Shown: one piece after another, positions 41,323 through 50,681 of the stretch
Position numbering within the stretch: the first letter of the stretch is position 1
How the letters are laid out: the number at the start of each line of letters is the position of its first letter
Source: Synechococcus sp.
GTDB taxonomy: Bacteria; Cyanobacteriota; Cyanobacteriia; Thermostichales; PCC-7336
Assembly: GCA_051439425.1 (NCBI GenBank)
Contig: JBFRWD010000064.1
Span: 1 to 62,931 of the forward strand
Reading direction: 5' to 3'
DNA: 62,931 bases
Program-made: the position numbers and the translations under genes
Notes under the pieces: generated by a model
What the model was told of the DNA's origin: nothing
Seen by the model: the letters and a program-made list of their open reading frames with translations, nothing else
Database searches by the model: none

Positions 41323-42795
41323 ATGGAAGAACCTCCATCACTGTTAGCAGTCTTATCTGCCGATGGTGCCAATACTGTTTCCGCCAACTCAGTTTGGGTT
41401 CCCATCCTGTGGGTGTCATTGCTACTGCTGGTCAACGCTTTCTTCGTCGCTGCCGAATTTGCGATTGTGTCTGTGCGGCGATCGCGTATTGCCCAACTGG
41501 TTAGCGAAGATAATGCCAGCGCAGCACTAGTTCAACAGCAACAGCAACAATTACGCCAGTTTTTATCCACCACCCAACTGTGTATTACCCTCTCCAGCCT
41601 GGCCTTGGGGTGGATTGGAGCCGTACAGGTCGCCCCTCTCGTCTGTGTCGGCATTGCTCGTTTGGAGTGGCTCAACTCTATCTTGAATGCCATTCCGGGG
41701 GAAATGGAAACGTTTGCCACATTGGTGACGTTTGCCATGCTCACTTACCTACAGGTGCTGTTAGGGGAACTGTTGCCAAAGACGCTCGCCATCATTTATG
41801 CCGAAGCAACGTCCCTGCGGTTGATTGGTCTGAGTAGCGCCACCAAAATCCTTCTGCGTCCGTTAATTGGGTTATTGAACTGGTCATCCAATGTTTTATT
41901 CCGCTTGTTCCGCATCCCGGTTCCTGACTCAGCGGCCCTGATCGATGCCGTCACATCGGAAGAGCTACAACTATTGATCGCCTCGTCCAGTAAGTCCGGC
42001 AGCTTGGAGGAAGAAGAGAGTACGTTACTGGCTAACGTGTTTGAGTTTGGTGACGCGATCGCTAGCGAAGTCATGATCCCACGTACCAGCATTGACGCCA
42101 TTCCGCAAACGGCCACAGTGCGAGAGTTATTGATCGAAGTAGAAGAGTCCAGTCATTCTCGCTATCCAGTCATGGGAGATTCTTTAGACAGCATTACCGG
42201 CATGGTGCAGGTGAAAGATGTTGTCGGAGCCTTGGGACTGGGAAACTGCACGATAGACAGCTCGTTATCCCCATTCATTCGACCCGCCCATTTCGAACAC
42301 GAACAAAAAAAAGTCGGAGAACTGCTGGCCACGATGCAGGAGGAGCGCATTCCTTTGGTGATGGTGGTAGATGAGTTTGGCGGCACCGCTGGCATGATTA
42401 CGGTGCGAGATTTAGTCGAAGAAATTTTTGGTCGGATCTCGGACGACACCGATACGGAAGACGAACCTGAATTTGTCCGGATTGGCGATCGCATTCACCT
42501 CGTCCAAGCACAAGTGGATTTGGATGAAGTGAATGAAGAGCTGGAGCTGGAATTACCGATTCAGGATGACTACCAGACCCTAGGCGGCTTCTTGATTTTC
42601 CATATGCAGAAAATACCCAAGTTAAACGAGACGTTTGTTTACGAGCATACGATCTTTAAGGTGGTGGGTGTTGATGGCCCCCGCCTCGATCGCATTCAAG
42701 TGGAAATAGTAGCCCCATCGCACAGCATGGAAGAAGAAAACCGCGAGATTTCAACTAAACATGACAATGCCCAGGCAGCATCGACAAAACCGTAA
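41323..42795 (+). CDS. Hemolysin-family / CNNM (DUF21-CBS-CorC) Mg/Co transporter-like protein
   Basis: NAFFVAAEFA, GELLPK, HSRYPV, VVDEFGGTAG, YQTLGG. Confidence 0.93.
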   Translation: MEEPPSLLAVLSADGANTVSANSVWVPILWVSLLLLVNAFFVAAEFAIVSVRRSRIAQLVSEDNASAALVQQQQQQLRQFLSTTQLCITLSSLALGWIGAVQVAPLVCVGIARLEWLNSILNAIPGEMETFATLVTFAMLTYLQVLLGELLPKTLAIIYAEATSLRLIGLSSATKILLRPLIGLLNWSSNVLFRLFRIPVPDSAALIDAVTSEELQLLIASSSKSGSLEEEESTLLANVFEFGDAIASEVMIPRTSIDAIPQTATVRELLIEVEESSHSRYPVMGDSLDSITGMVQVKDVVGALGLGNCTIDSSLSPFIRPAHFEHEQKKVGELLATMQEERIPLVMVVDEFGGTAGMITVRDLVEEIFGRISDDTDTEDEPEFVRIGDRIHLVQAQVDLDEVNEELELELPIQDDYQTLGGFLIFHMQKIPKLNETFVYEHTIFKVVGVDGPRLDRIQVEIVAPSHSMEEENREISTKHDNAQAASTKP

Positions 42796-43020
42796 AGAGC
42801 CACAACAGAACAACCACTCTGATGGCAAACCAGTAGCAGCATTCTGTAAAAACAATTGAACATCACTGCTGCTAAAGAGTTCTCTTTATAAACTGTTCAC
42901 TATTCATTCTGTTCCCCGCCAGGTGGCAGGTGCTTGGGCTGTATTTTGTATCGCGACTACGAATTTTTTGTCAGTGAACCAAACTGTACCCCTATCTCTT
43001 CTTGCACTGAATAAATAGAG

Positions 43021-43613
43021 GTAAGCCCCCGGCTCTGCCGGGGAGACTCCCAACGATTTGACCGTGTGAAGCAGTAGCAGAAAAATTCTCCTTGCATTTT
43101 TCAAGCAAGGAGAAAGTCTAATGAATGTCAAAAAGCTAAATCACACAAGTTGGAATTGCAAGTCTCACATCGTATTCATCCCTAAGCATCGTAAGATAGT
43201 AATCTTCGGCCAGTTGCGCAGTCATTTGGGCGAGATGTTTCACGAGCTGGCGCGGCAGAAAGAGTGTCAGATAGAAGAAGGCCATTTAATGTCCGACCAT
43301 GTGCACATGTGCATGAGTATTCCTCCGAAACATGCAGTGTCTCAGATAGTGGGGTACATGAAGGGCAAAAGCGCGATAGGAATCGCCAGGGAATTCATGG
43401 GTCGTCGTCGAAACATTAGCGGTGAGAGCTTCTGGGCTCGTGGCTACTACGTGTCGACGGTGGAATTGGATGAGGAAGTGATCGGAGCGTATATTCGTCG
43501 CCAGGAAAAAGAGGAAGAACGACTGGAGTAATTGAGATTGCCGACAATCTAAGAGAGGACTGCCCCTTGGGGGCTAAGCCTACTAAGCCTCCGGCTCTGC
43601 CGGAGGTGACTTA
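43021..43613 (+). mobile_element. IS200-type element (tnpA only) with subterminal hairpins
   Basis: Hairpins CCCGGCTCTGCCGGG (43028-43042) and CCTCCGGCTCTGCCGGAGG (43588-43606). Confidence 0.88.
43121..43531 (+). CDS. tnpA: IS200/IS605 Y1 transposase
   Basis: HIVFIPK, HuH motif DHVH, KGKS, FWARGYYVST, catalytic Tyr in AYIRRQ; probably truncated by a few residues. Confidence 0.9.
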   Translation: MNVKKLNHTSWNCKSHIVFIPKHRKIVIFGQLRSHLGEMFHELARQKECQIEEGHLMSDHVHMCMSIPPKHAVSQIVGYMKGKSAIGIAREFMGRRRNISGESFWARGYYVSTVELDEEVIGAYIRRQEKEEERLE

Positions 43614-44066
43614 ACTTCTGACTTGGAATAGCAGAGAGTCTTACGGCCCAATCGGACCAAATAATGCCGCAGCCTAGTGTTCTCCCCTTCCACCCGATAC
43701 ATGGCCTTTTTGCTCACCAGATGGTCGCCGTCGTCAATACAGCAAGCGTAACTGGCCATCCATCCGTGATGTAGAGAAAACACTGTCAGCCTCGAACCAA
43801 CAACCACAAGGGCCAGAACGTGTCCAAGCTCCGGTCACCTAGTTTCTAGACCAGGATACCGGGGCGCTTATCATCTACGGCTGTCCACAACCATCGCTTG
43901 TTTTTTTCGACCCGACAAAGGTTTGAAGCTCATCCAACTGGGCTAAGTCTGGACTCTTCTCGGGGGGAGGGGCATCAGGAAGAGAGTCACCCCCTTGCTT
44001 GACCCACTTAATCACTGTGTTGTGATTGACCCCTGTGCAGCGTTCAATGGCTCTAAACCCCATTCC
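43614..44066 (-). pseudogene. IS1-family transposase remnant
   Basis: MGFRAIERCTGVNHNTV, LDELQTFVGSKK, A7C slippery site at 43900-43907, EGENTRLRHYL.RL.RKTLCYSKS; stops and frameshifts, truncated at both ends. Confidence 0.85.
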
Positions 44067-44105
44067 ATCGCACCCACTGACAATACGTGACAGTGCCGGT
44101 CTACC

Positions 44106-44852
44106 TCATGGCTGGATGTGTGGCGGATATCCTTTGATCGGTTTTGAGTCGGGTTGCTGGTAAGTCATGGATTTGCTGGTGCGCTTGCCTAACCAAGCTA
44201 ACGACTCTGCCATTTTCACGGCTGCCGCTACCGAGTCAATGATGGGGACTCCCAATCGGGCTTCCAATTCCACATCCAGCCCGCTCATGCCCGCACACCC
44301 CAAACAGAGAGCTTCGGCTCGATCTTCAGAGATGGCCAATTTGCCTACCTGTTCTAATGCCGCGATGGTTGCTTCTCGAGCAGTCTCAGTTTTCGTCACT
44401 GCCAGCCCGGTAGTGCGTACAGACACACAGCGGTGGCTAAACCCTGTCTTGTGAATTGTTTCTTCGACCATTGTGCGGACGCGGTGTCCCGTAGTCACTA
44501 CTCCCCATCGAGCCGCCAGCATATTGGCGACGTACATACTGGCCTCGGCAATACCGACCACCGGCTTATCCGTTATCTCGCGGGCAGCGTCTATGCCGGG
44601 ATCGCCCCAGCAAGCGATCGCGAAGGCATCGAAACTGTCATCCGATCGCCGTATCTCCTCCAAAATTCCGGGAATCGCTAAAAATTCGTCGTAATAGCTC
44701 TCGATCGATTCCGGGCCAGATTGTGGTTGTGTGGTGACAATCTCAGTATTGGGGAATTGGGCTGCTTGGGCCGAGGCGTTAATTCCGGCGGTCATAGCCT
44801 CAAAGGTGTTGCCGTTGATGACTTTAATTCGAAGAGGTGGAGATGAGGACAC
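44106..44852 (-). CDS. Allantoin/hydantoin racemase (HpxA-like)
   Basis: VINGNT..MT, two catalytic Cys in IACWGDPG and LGCAGM, PVVGIAEAS. Confidence 0.9.
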   Translation of the reverse strand: MSSSPPLRIKVINGNTFEAMTAGINASAQAAQFPNTEIVTTQPQSGPESIESYYDEFLAIPGILEEIRRSDDSFDAFAIACWGDPGIDAAREITDKPVVGIAEASMYVANMLAARWGVVTTGHRVRTMVEETIHKTGFSHRCVSVRTTGLAVTKTETAREATIAALEQVGKLAISEDRAEALCLGCAGMSGLDVELEARLGVPIIDSVAAAVKMAESLAWLGKRTSKSMTYQQPDSKPIKGYPPHIQP

Positions 44853-44896
44853 GGGTGAATATTGCTCTCGCGTGAGAATTTAATGGTTGGGTGTTG

Positions 44897-45001
44897 TATT
44901 GCAATCCGCTGTGAGGTTTAGACTCTGGGGCCAGCTCAAAGCCTTAATCTACAAGCAGAAATGATTGGAGAACTCTCCATAGTGGATTGTCTAGCGCCAT
45001 A
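44897..45001 (+). repeat. ~105-bp dispersed hairpin repeat, copy 3
   Basis: TATTGCAATCCGCTGT...AAAGCCTTAATCTACAAG...CTCCATAGTGGATTGTCTAGCGCCATA. Confidence 0.85.
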
Positions 45002-45004
45002 AAA

Positions 45005-45502
45005 CTAGTCGATTAAATCGTACAAACGGAATTTTGCGATCGCTGCGATTTCAGCCATTGCGCGCTCAATTTCGCTGTCATTTGTATTTTCTATACGCTC
45101 GGCAAAGGCATTCAGAATGGTGTCTTTTGTTTGCCCGCGAACGGCCATCACAAATGGAAAGCCAAACTTCTCTCGGTACGCCCCATTTAATCGAGTGAAT
45201 AGCTCGAATTCAGCTGCATTGAGTCTATCCAGCCCCGCACCGGTCTGCTCCTGGATAGACGCCTCTGTCATTTTGACCTGACTACCTAAATCGGGATGAG
45301 CCTGAATTAGAGCAATCTTGTCCGATGTGGATAACGCCTGCTGAGCACGAAGCAATGCTTGATAGAGGTCGCTCACATCGGTAAAAGGACGACGATCCCA
45401 GGCTTGTCGAGCAAGGTCTGGACTGTGTTCGAATATGCCTCCGAATACTTCGCTAAACGTGTCCTGTCCCATCTCGTTGATGGTCAATAGTTTATACTTC
45501 AT
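45005..45502 (-). CDS. uraD: OHCU decarboxylase
   Basis: IFEHSP, AHPDLG, S..EQ..AGL, LN.AY.EKFGFPFV.AV, EI..IA.FRL. Confidence 0.95.
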   Translation of the reverse strand: MKYKLLTINEMGQDTFSEVFGGIFEHSPDLARQAWDRRPFTDVSDLYQALLRAQQALSTSDKIALIQAHPDLGSQVKMTEASIQEQTGAGLDRLNAAEFELFTRLNGAYREKFGFPFVMAVRGQTKDTILNAFAERIENTNDSEIERAMAEIAAIAKFRLYDLID

Positions 45503-45505
45503 CAG

Positions 45506-45865
45506 CTAACTCCCGCGATAGGTACTGTACGACCAAGGGGAGCAGAGTAGAGGAACGTGGTAGTGGCTGGAGGCGTCAGCAATACCGAACCGGATAGGAA
45601 TGATGTCTAAAAACATGGGATCGGGGAGCTGGGGCGATCGCGAGCGGAAATAGTCGCCGATTGCAAACCTAAGTTCGTAGATTCCGATTTCGAATCGATC
45701 GCCAGCTAATATGGGGCGATCGGTGCGGCCATCCTGATTGGTGACGATCCGTACGAGTTGAGTCTCGCTGCCTTGAGGAGAGCTTCTCCACAAGTCGATC
45801 GCCAGCCCCCCCGCCGGACAGCCATTTGCTGTATCGAGTACGTGTGTTGTTAGCTTTCCATCCAT
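45506..45865 (-). CDS. uraH: 5-hydroxyisourate hydrolase (transthyretin-like)
   Basis: LTTHVLDTANGCPA, TNQDGR, HYHVPLL.SPWSYSTYRGS. Confidence 0.96.
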   Translation of the reverse strand: MDGKLTTHVLDTANGCPAGGLAIDLWRSSPQGSETQLVRIVTNQDGRTDRPILAGDRFEIGIYELRFAIGDYFRSRSPQLPDPMFLDIIPIRFGIADASSHYHVPLLCSPWSYSTYRGS

Positions 45866-46196
45866 AGTCCTCGCCCTCATAGCCCACTTGCTTCCCGGCG
45901 ATCGCCGCTGTCTGCCCCCAGTTCCCAATTACAATCGCCTTCAAATGCTCCATTTGCAGATTCATAATCAGGGCATAATTTCCATGTTGGCGATGCTCTT
46001 GATTAGGCTATCCCTAACAATGAAGAATTTGGAAGATTACTTGGGTTGTCTCAAGCCATCTCATTGGTTCAAGTACAGCGACTAACGTTTTGCTAGTAAG
46101 ACAAGGCAGTCGCAAACGAGTCTCTTTCTCCAGAGCCAAGACTAGCCTTTTGCGCGGCCTCAAACGAGCGATCGCGGCTCAGTCAATCTATCCGAG

Positions 46197-47237
46197 TTAA
46201 GCAGTATAAATTCGACTTAACCCAAGATCGGCCAAACCTTTTCGGTACGCAATAGAGGTTTTGTCCGCTTCGATATGCGTTTCAACCCGCAAATCTAATG
46301 GCAGATCTTCTGGGTATTGGGCTTCTACAACAGCTTTGTCTTCGTTAAAGATTTGGTAGTTAAACTCGTAAACGGGTTCGAGCGGTTGATCCTTGTCGAA
46401 ATTGCGGCAAATGGGACAAAATACTCGAGTTTTGCGAGCTGAAATCGGAGAAGCAGCGTTGAGAATGCACAGTCGCCCGTCATCGGGGAAATGCACTCTC
46501 AGTAGTGCCGTGAATGGAAGAAAGACGTCGAAGGCTCTCAACCAGTGAAAATTAGCTGGGGCACGGTGCTGCAATCCTTTGGGGAAATTACTGACGGTAC
46601 TGGTATATGTCGCCCTGAGGCCAAAGTTTGTCGGTTTGACATCGTATTGAGGCACAACAGGGTTATTGCGATCGCCAAATGACTCGGAATGCACCCAGGC
46701 AAAATGAGCTACATCCAGAAAGCCTTCCATTTGACGACCTGCAGCTGCTTGCAAATCAATGCTATCCGGCAGGATGTGTTGATAATCCGAGTCGCTCCAT
46801 TCTGGAAATATCGGTAGTGGCGTGGAGCGATCGCCTCTCAATGTGGTCCACACTAAACCAAACGCCTCTTGAACCGGATAGGTCGTCAAGCAAAGCTTCC
46901 TCGGTATACTGGCCTGCGGATTAGCAGGAATTAGCGTGCATTGTCCTGCAGCATCGTAGTGAAATCCGTGATAGGCACAAATCAGTTGGTTGTTGGCTAC
47001 ATGCCCCATACTGAGGGGAACCCCCCGATGCAGACAGATGTCATTGGCAACTGAAATACCGGCTTCCGTTCGCCAGATTGCCAGTCGCTGGTCGAGCAAC
47101 GTTGCAGCAAGAGGAGTGCCTCCAACATCTCGGCTAAAGGCAATGGGATACCAAAACGAGGCGATCGCCTCCCAATCTGAGTCAGAAAACGTGCATCCAC
47201 GCGGATAGGCATGAGATGTGTGGTGAAAATCTGACAT
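46197..47237 (-). CDS. Rieske oxygenase, HpxD-like (hypoxanthine/xanthine hydroxylase subunit)
   Basis: CLHRG...CAYHG; AGRQMEGFLDVAHFAWVH; LNAASP; LPLDL..E.HI.AD..SIAYR match my recollection of Klebsiella HpxD; co-oriented with uraH and uraD. Confidence 0.8.
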   Translation of the reverse strand: MSDFHHTSHAYPRGCTFSDSDWEAIASFWYPIAFSRDVGGTPLAATLLDQRLAIWRTEAGISVANDICLHRGVPLSMGHVANNQLICAYHGFHYDAAGQCTLIPANPQASIPRKLCLTTYPVQEAFGLVWTTLRGDRSTPLPIFPEWSDSDYQHILPDSIDLQAAAGRQMEGFLDVAHFAWVHSESFGDRNNPVVPQYDVKPTNFGLRATYTSTVSNFPKGLQHRAPANFHWLRAFDVFLPFTALLRVHFPDDGRLCILNAASPISARKTRVFCPICRNFDKDQPLEPVYEFNYQIFNEDKAVVEAQYPEDLPLDLRVETHIEADKTSIAYRKGLADLGLSRIYTA

Positions 47238-47298
47238 ATCTCTCCTCTGGAAATGTCCCTTAACTCTGTCGCTGCGAAACCAAAAGAACGCCAATCAA

Positions 47299-47403
47299 TA
47301 TAGCAATCCGCTCTAAGGTCTGGAGTATTGAGACAACTAGAATCCTTTATTGGCGAGGAAAAGTACTTAGGAAACTCTCCATAGCGGATTGCCGATCGCT
47401 ATA
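47299..47403 (+). repeat. ~105-bp dispersed hairpin repeat, copy 4
   Basis: TATAGCAATCCGCTCTAAGGTCTGGAGT...CTCCATAGCGGATTGCCGATCGCTATA (best-preserved ends). Confidence 0.88.
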
Positions 47404-47735
47404 GAAGATGTCTGATTGTGTTCAGCTAGGACCCATCGATCTGTGATGTCTGAAACGATTTTCACTTGCTAATTCTCATCCTGACGGTAGCTGCCAGCTC
47501 TGTCTTTTAATGGAATGAAATGCTGCTGAAAACGATCCTCCTAGCATGCCACTGCAGCTTAATAATTAGACCCGTTGAGCACACCTGCCAGGCCTGCCTG
47601 GCAAATATTCACGAATCGATCGCTTCTCAGTGGGCAATTCCTTGCAGACGGCATTGAATAGGGGAAACAAGGGGTCTGGCGCAAAGATTCTGATTCGGGA
47701 ACAGCGTTTGGACCTACCTGAGGAGGGCGATTGCT

Positions 47736-49151
47736 ATGGGCCGGACGCTAATTAAAGGAAGCCGTATTGTCACCGCCACTGATGACTATGTTGCCGATAT
47801 TTTAATTGTAGATGAGGAGATCGAGGCCATCTCCCGCAGCTTTCCCGACATGTCCGGTACAGAAGTGCATCATGCCGAAGGACTGCTCGCTCTTCCGGGT
47901 GGAATCGATGTGCATACCCATATGGAAGGGGAGCAAGGTCCGGCATTTAATAGCGATACCTACGCCACCGGAACCGTTGCCGCAGCATTTGGGGGCACGA
48001 CAACCATCATCGATTTTGCCTATCAGGACAAAGGTGACAGTGCCAAACAGACATTGGACGAGCGGCTTGCCTTAGCTGAGCCCCAGGTGGCAATTGATTT
48101 CAGCTTCCACTTAATTTTGACAGACGTGACCTCGGCCGTTCTGTCCGAGCTGCCGGACATCATCAATCAGGATGGTGTGTCCAGCTTCAAGATGTTTATG
48201 GCCTATCCCAAAATCTTGATGGTAGATGATGCTGCAATCTTCAAAACCATGCGCAAGGTGGGTAGCCACGGAGGCATGGTCAACCTGCATGCCGAAAACG
48301 GCCTTGTCATTCAAGCCTTGATCGACGAAGCCCTGGAACAGGGACATACCTCCCCTAAATATCACGCCATTACCCGCCCACGCATTATGGAAGCGGAGGC
48401 AGTGCACCGGGCTATCCGGATTGCCGAGTTGGCAGAAATTCCGGTATACATCGTGCATCTGTCAGCGCCGGAAGCACTGGAAACAGTGGTGGAAGCCCGA
48501 GATCGCGGCATTCATGCCTTTGCCGAAACCTGTCCTCACTACCTGTTTTTAGATGAATCCGAATACGATCGTCCCGGCTTTGAATCTGCCAAGTATGTCA
48601 TGACTCCTCCGCTGCGATCGCACGATTGCCAGCATCATTTATGGAGAGGGTTAAAGTTTGACGATCTGCAAATTGTGGCCACCGATCACTGTCCATTTTG
48701 CTTCCAAGAAAACACCCTCGGTCTCAAATATTCCAAAGACCTTGGTCGAGACGATTTCAGCAAAATTCCCAATGGTGCACCTGGTGTCGAATACCGCTTG
48801 CCCATGTTGTATGACGGTGGGGTACGCAGTGGCAAAATCAATCTGAACCGATTCGTACAGCTCACCTCCACGGCTCCAGCCAAAATGTTTGGCATCTTCC
48901 CTCAAAAAGGCACGATTGCGGTAGGTAGTGATGCAGATATCGTTCTGTTTAATCCAGATAAACAGCAGGTGTTGAGCGCCGAAACAGGTCACTCTCGCAT
49001 TGACTACAGCTTATTTGAGGGGCGATCGGTGACGGGAGCGGTTGAGAAAGTCTTCTCTCGCGGCAGTTTGATTGTGGATGGAGATCGCTGGTTGGGTCAG
49101 GCTGGCCGTGGACGATTTCTTAAACGCTCTGCCTCAGGTCAAATTATGTAA
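47736..49151 (+). CDS. hydA: Dihydropyrimidinase / D-hydantoinase-type cyclic amidohydrolase
   Basis: GGIDVHTH, SSFKMFMAY (carboxylated Lys), HAEN, VHLS, TDHCPF, IPNGAPGVE. Confidence 0.9.
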   Translation: MGRTLIKGSRIVTATDDYVADILIVDEEIEAISRSFPDMSGTEVHHAEGLLALPGGIDVHTHMEGEQGPAFNSDTYATGTVAAAFGGTTTIIDFAYQDKGDSAKQTLDERLALAEPQVAIDFSFHLILTDVTSAVLSELPDIINQDGVSSFKMFMAYPKILMVDDAAIFKTMRKVGSHGGMVNLHAENGLVIQALIDEALEQGHTSPKYHAITRPRIMEAEAVHRAIRIAELAEIPVYIVHLSAPEALETVVEARDRGIHAFAETCPHYLFLDESEYDRPGFESAKYVMTPPLRSHDCQHHLWRGLKFDDLQIVATDHCPFCFQENTLGLKYSKDLGRDDFSKIPNGAPGVEYRLPMLYDGGVRSGKINLNRFVQLTSTAPAKMFGIFPQKGTIAVGSDADIVLFNPDKQQVLSAETGHSRIDYSLFEGRSVTGAVEKVFSRGSLIVDGDRWLGQAGRGRFLKRSASGQIM

Positions 49152-49251
49152 TGGACATTCTGGTTACTCCCAATCTCCAGAATTCCGAGCGTTGCTGCAG
49201 CGCAATCGCTACACTGACTCCAGCCATAGTAAGTCTGGGGAGTAACGGAGG

Positions 49252-50190
49252 ATGACAGCCACGGCAACCGCCGGGATGTTAGTTGCTCAGTTTTTGAAAG
49301 AGCGAGAGCGGGATTTGGCACGGGCCAGCCGTCGCACCTACCGCATGGCATTGGAACAATTCAGCCAAGATTGCACCCTCCCCCTCAACGACATTCAAAC
49401 TACGGACATTCAAAAATTCTTGAATGGCTTGAAAGGGCGACCCAAACGCAATAAGTCTGGCAAGTTGGTCTATCCACCTGCCTCCCCCGCCACGTATAAC
49501 CTCAAGCGTCTTGCCTTACATCAATTTTTTGCCTGGGCTGAATCGCGAGGATACTGCGAGCCCCCGCTACCCACTGCTCCTATCCGAGCGGCCCGTTTAC
49601 CCTCCAAACTGCCGCGAGACATCGATCGCCTCATGCTAGAGCGAGTGTTGATTCGCGCCGATAGCCACTCGTTGCGGTATTCGGTGATGGTGCGCGTGTT
49701 ACTGGAGTGCGGCTTGCGGGCGCAAGAGGCGATCGACTTGCAAGTACAAGATTTTCAAACCAGTGCCGAAGGCTCGATTTTAGATGTGCGCAGCGGTAAA
49801 GGCAGTAAACCCCGCGTCGTGGCGGTGGGCGACACTTTGGCCGAAATGCTGCAAGATTATCTTTACGAAGAGCGCTTCCCTTATTCCCCCACCGACCCGT
49901 TATTTGCCTCTCAGTCCAAATGCCAGCGCTACCGAGGTAAACCTCTCACCTACGACGGGCTAAGGCACATTGTTCTAAAGCTAACTCGCGATGAACCCGG
50001 GCAGCAGACCCCCCACCAATTCCGCCACAGCTTTGCTACTCTTTTGCTCGATAAAGGCGTTGCCCCTGAACACATCCAGCACTTATTAGGTCATACGACC
50101 GCAGCCATGACCATGCGGTACACACAGCGGGCCAATCTACGAGCGGCGATCGCCCGCTCCCGCGAAGCGTTGGATACCGGCTTGATTTGA
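49252..50190 (+). CDS. Tyrosine recombinase (XerC/D-like)
   Basis: GLRAQE, GKGSKPR, PHQFRHSFAT, LLGH, TMRY; all catalytic residues present. Confidence 0.93.
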   Translation: MTATATAGMLVAQFLKERERDLARASRRTYRMALEQFSQDCTLPLNDIQTTDIQKFLNGLKGRPKRNKSGKLVYPPASPATYNLKRLALHQFFAWAESRGYCEPPLPTAPIRAARLPSKLPRDIDRLMLERVLIRADSHSLRYSVMVRVLLECGLRAQEAIDLQVQDFQTSAEGSILDVRSGKGSKPRVVAVGDTLAEMLQDYLYEERFPYSPTDPLFASQSKCQRYRGKPLTYDGLRHIVLKLTRDEPGQQTPHQFRHSFATLLLDKGVAPEHIQHLLGHTTAAMTMRYTQRANLRAAIARSREALDTGLI

Positions 50191-50294
50191 GTCATGGCAT
50201 GTGGCTGTGCCGTTGAATCGGGATGCTACTGACAGCAGGACTCTCAGAATTACTCAACTCATAATGGATTCAAGATGAATAGCGAGGCCGAGCT

Positions 50295-50675
50295 TTGAAG
50301 ACGATCGCTAACCTACTGTGGGTGCTCTTCGGCGGATTTATTCTGGCGTTGGAATATTGGTTGGGAGGATTGCTGCTGTGCCTGACAATCGTGGGCATTC
50401 CGTTTGGCTTGCAGGCGATTAAGTTGGGGTCATTTGCCATCTGGCCCTTTGGAAAACAACTAGTTGAAGTCCCCACAAAAAGTGTTGGGGGCATTTTGCG
50501 AGCTTTGCTGAACGTGGTGTGGGCTCTCACCTTTGGGATTGCGATCGCGCTGACCCATCTCACTGCTGCTGCCGTAACGGCCATTACTATTATTGGAATT
50601 CCGTTTGCCTTGCAACACCTCAAAATGGTGCCTCTGGCCCTGCTTCCTTTCGGACAGACGTGGAAATCACTGTGA
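50295..50675 (+). CDS. YccF domain inner membrane protein
   Basis: Duplicated N.LW..FGG...TIVGIPFG...WPFG motif; TTG start. Confidence 0.9.
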   Translation: MKTIANLLWVLFGGFILALEYWLGGLLLCLTIVGIPFGLQAIKLGSFAIWPFGKQLVEVPTKSVGGILRALLNVVWALTFGIAIALTHLTAAAVTAITIIGIPFALQHLKMVPLALLPFGQTWKSL

Positions 50676-50681
50676 TAGAGA

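Noticed and set aside
47238..47735. NtcA control of the purine cluster
   Set aside because: No GTA-N8-TAC found by eye in the divergent promoter region; regulation is unresolved
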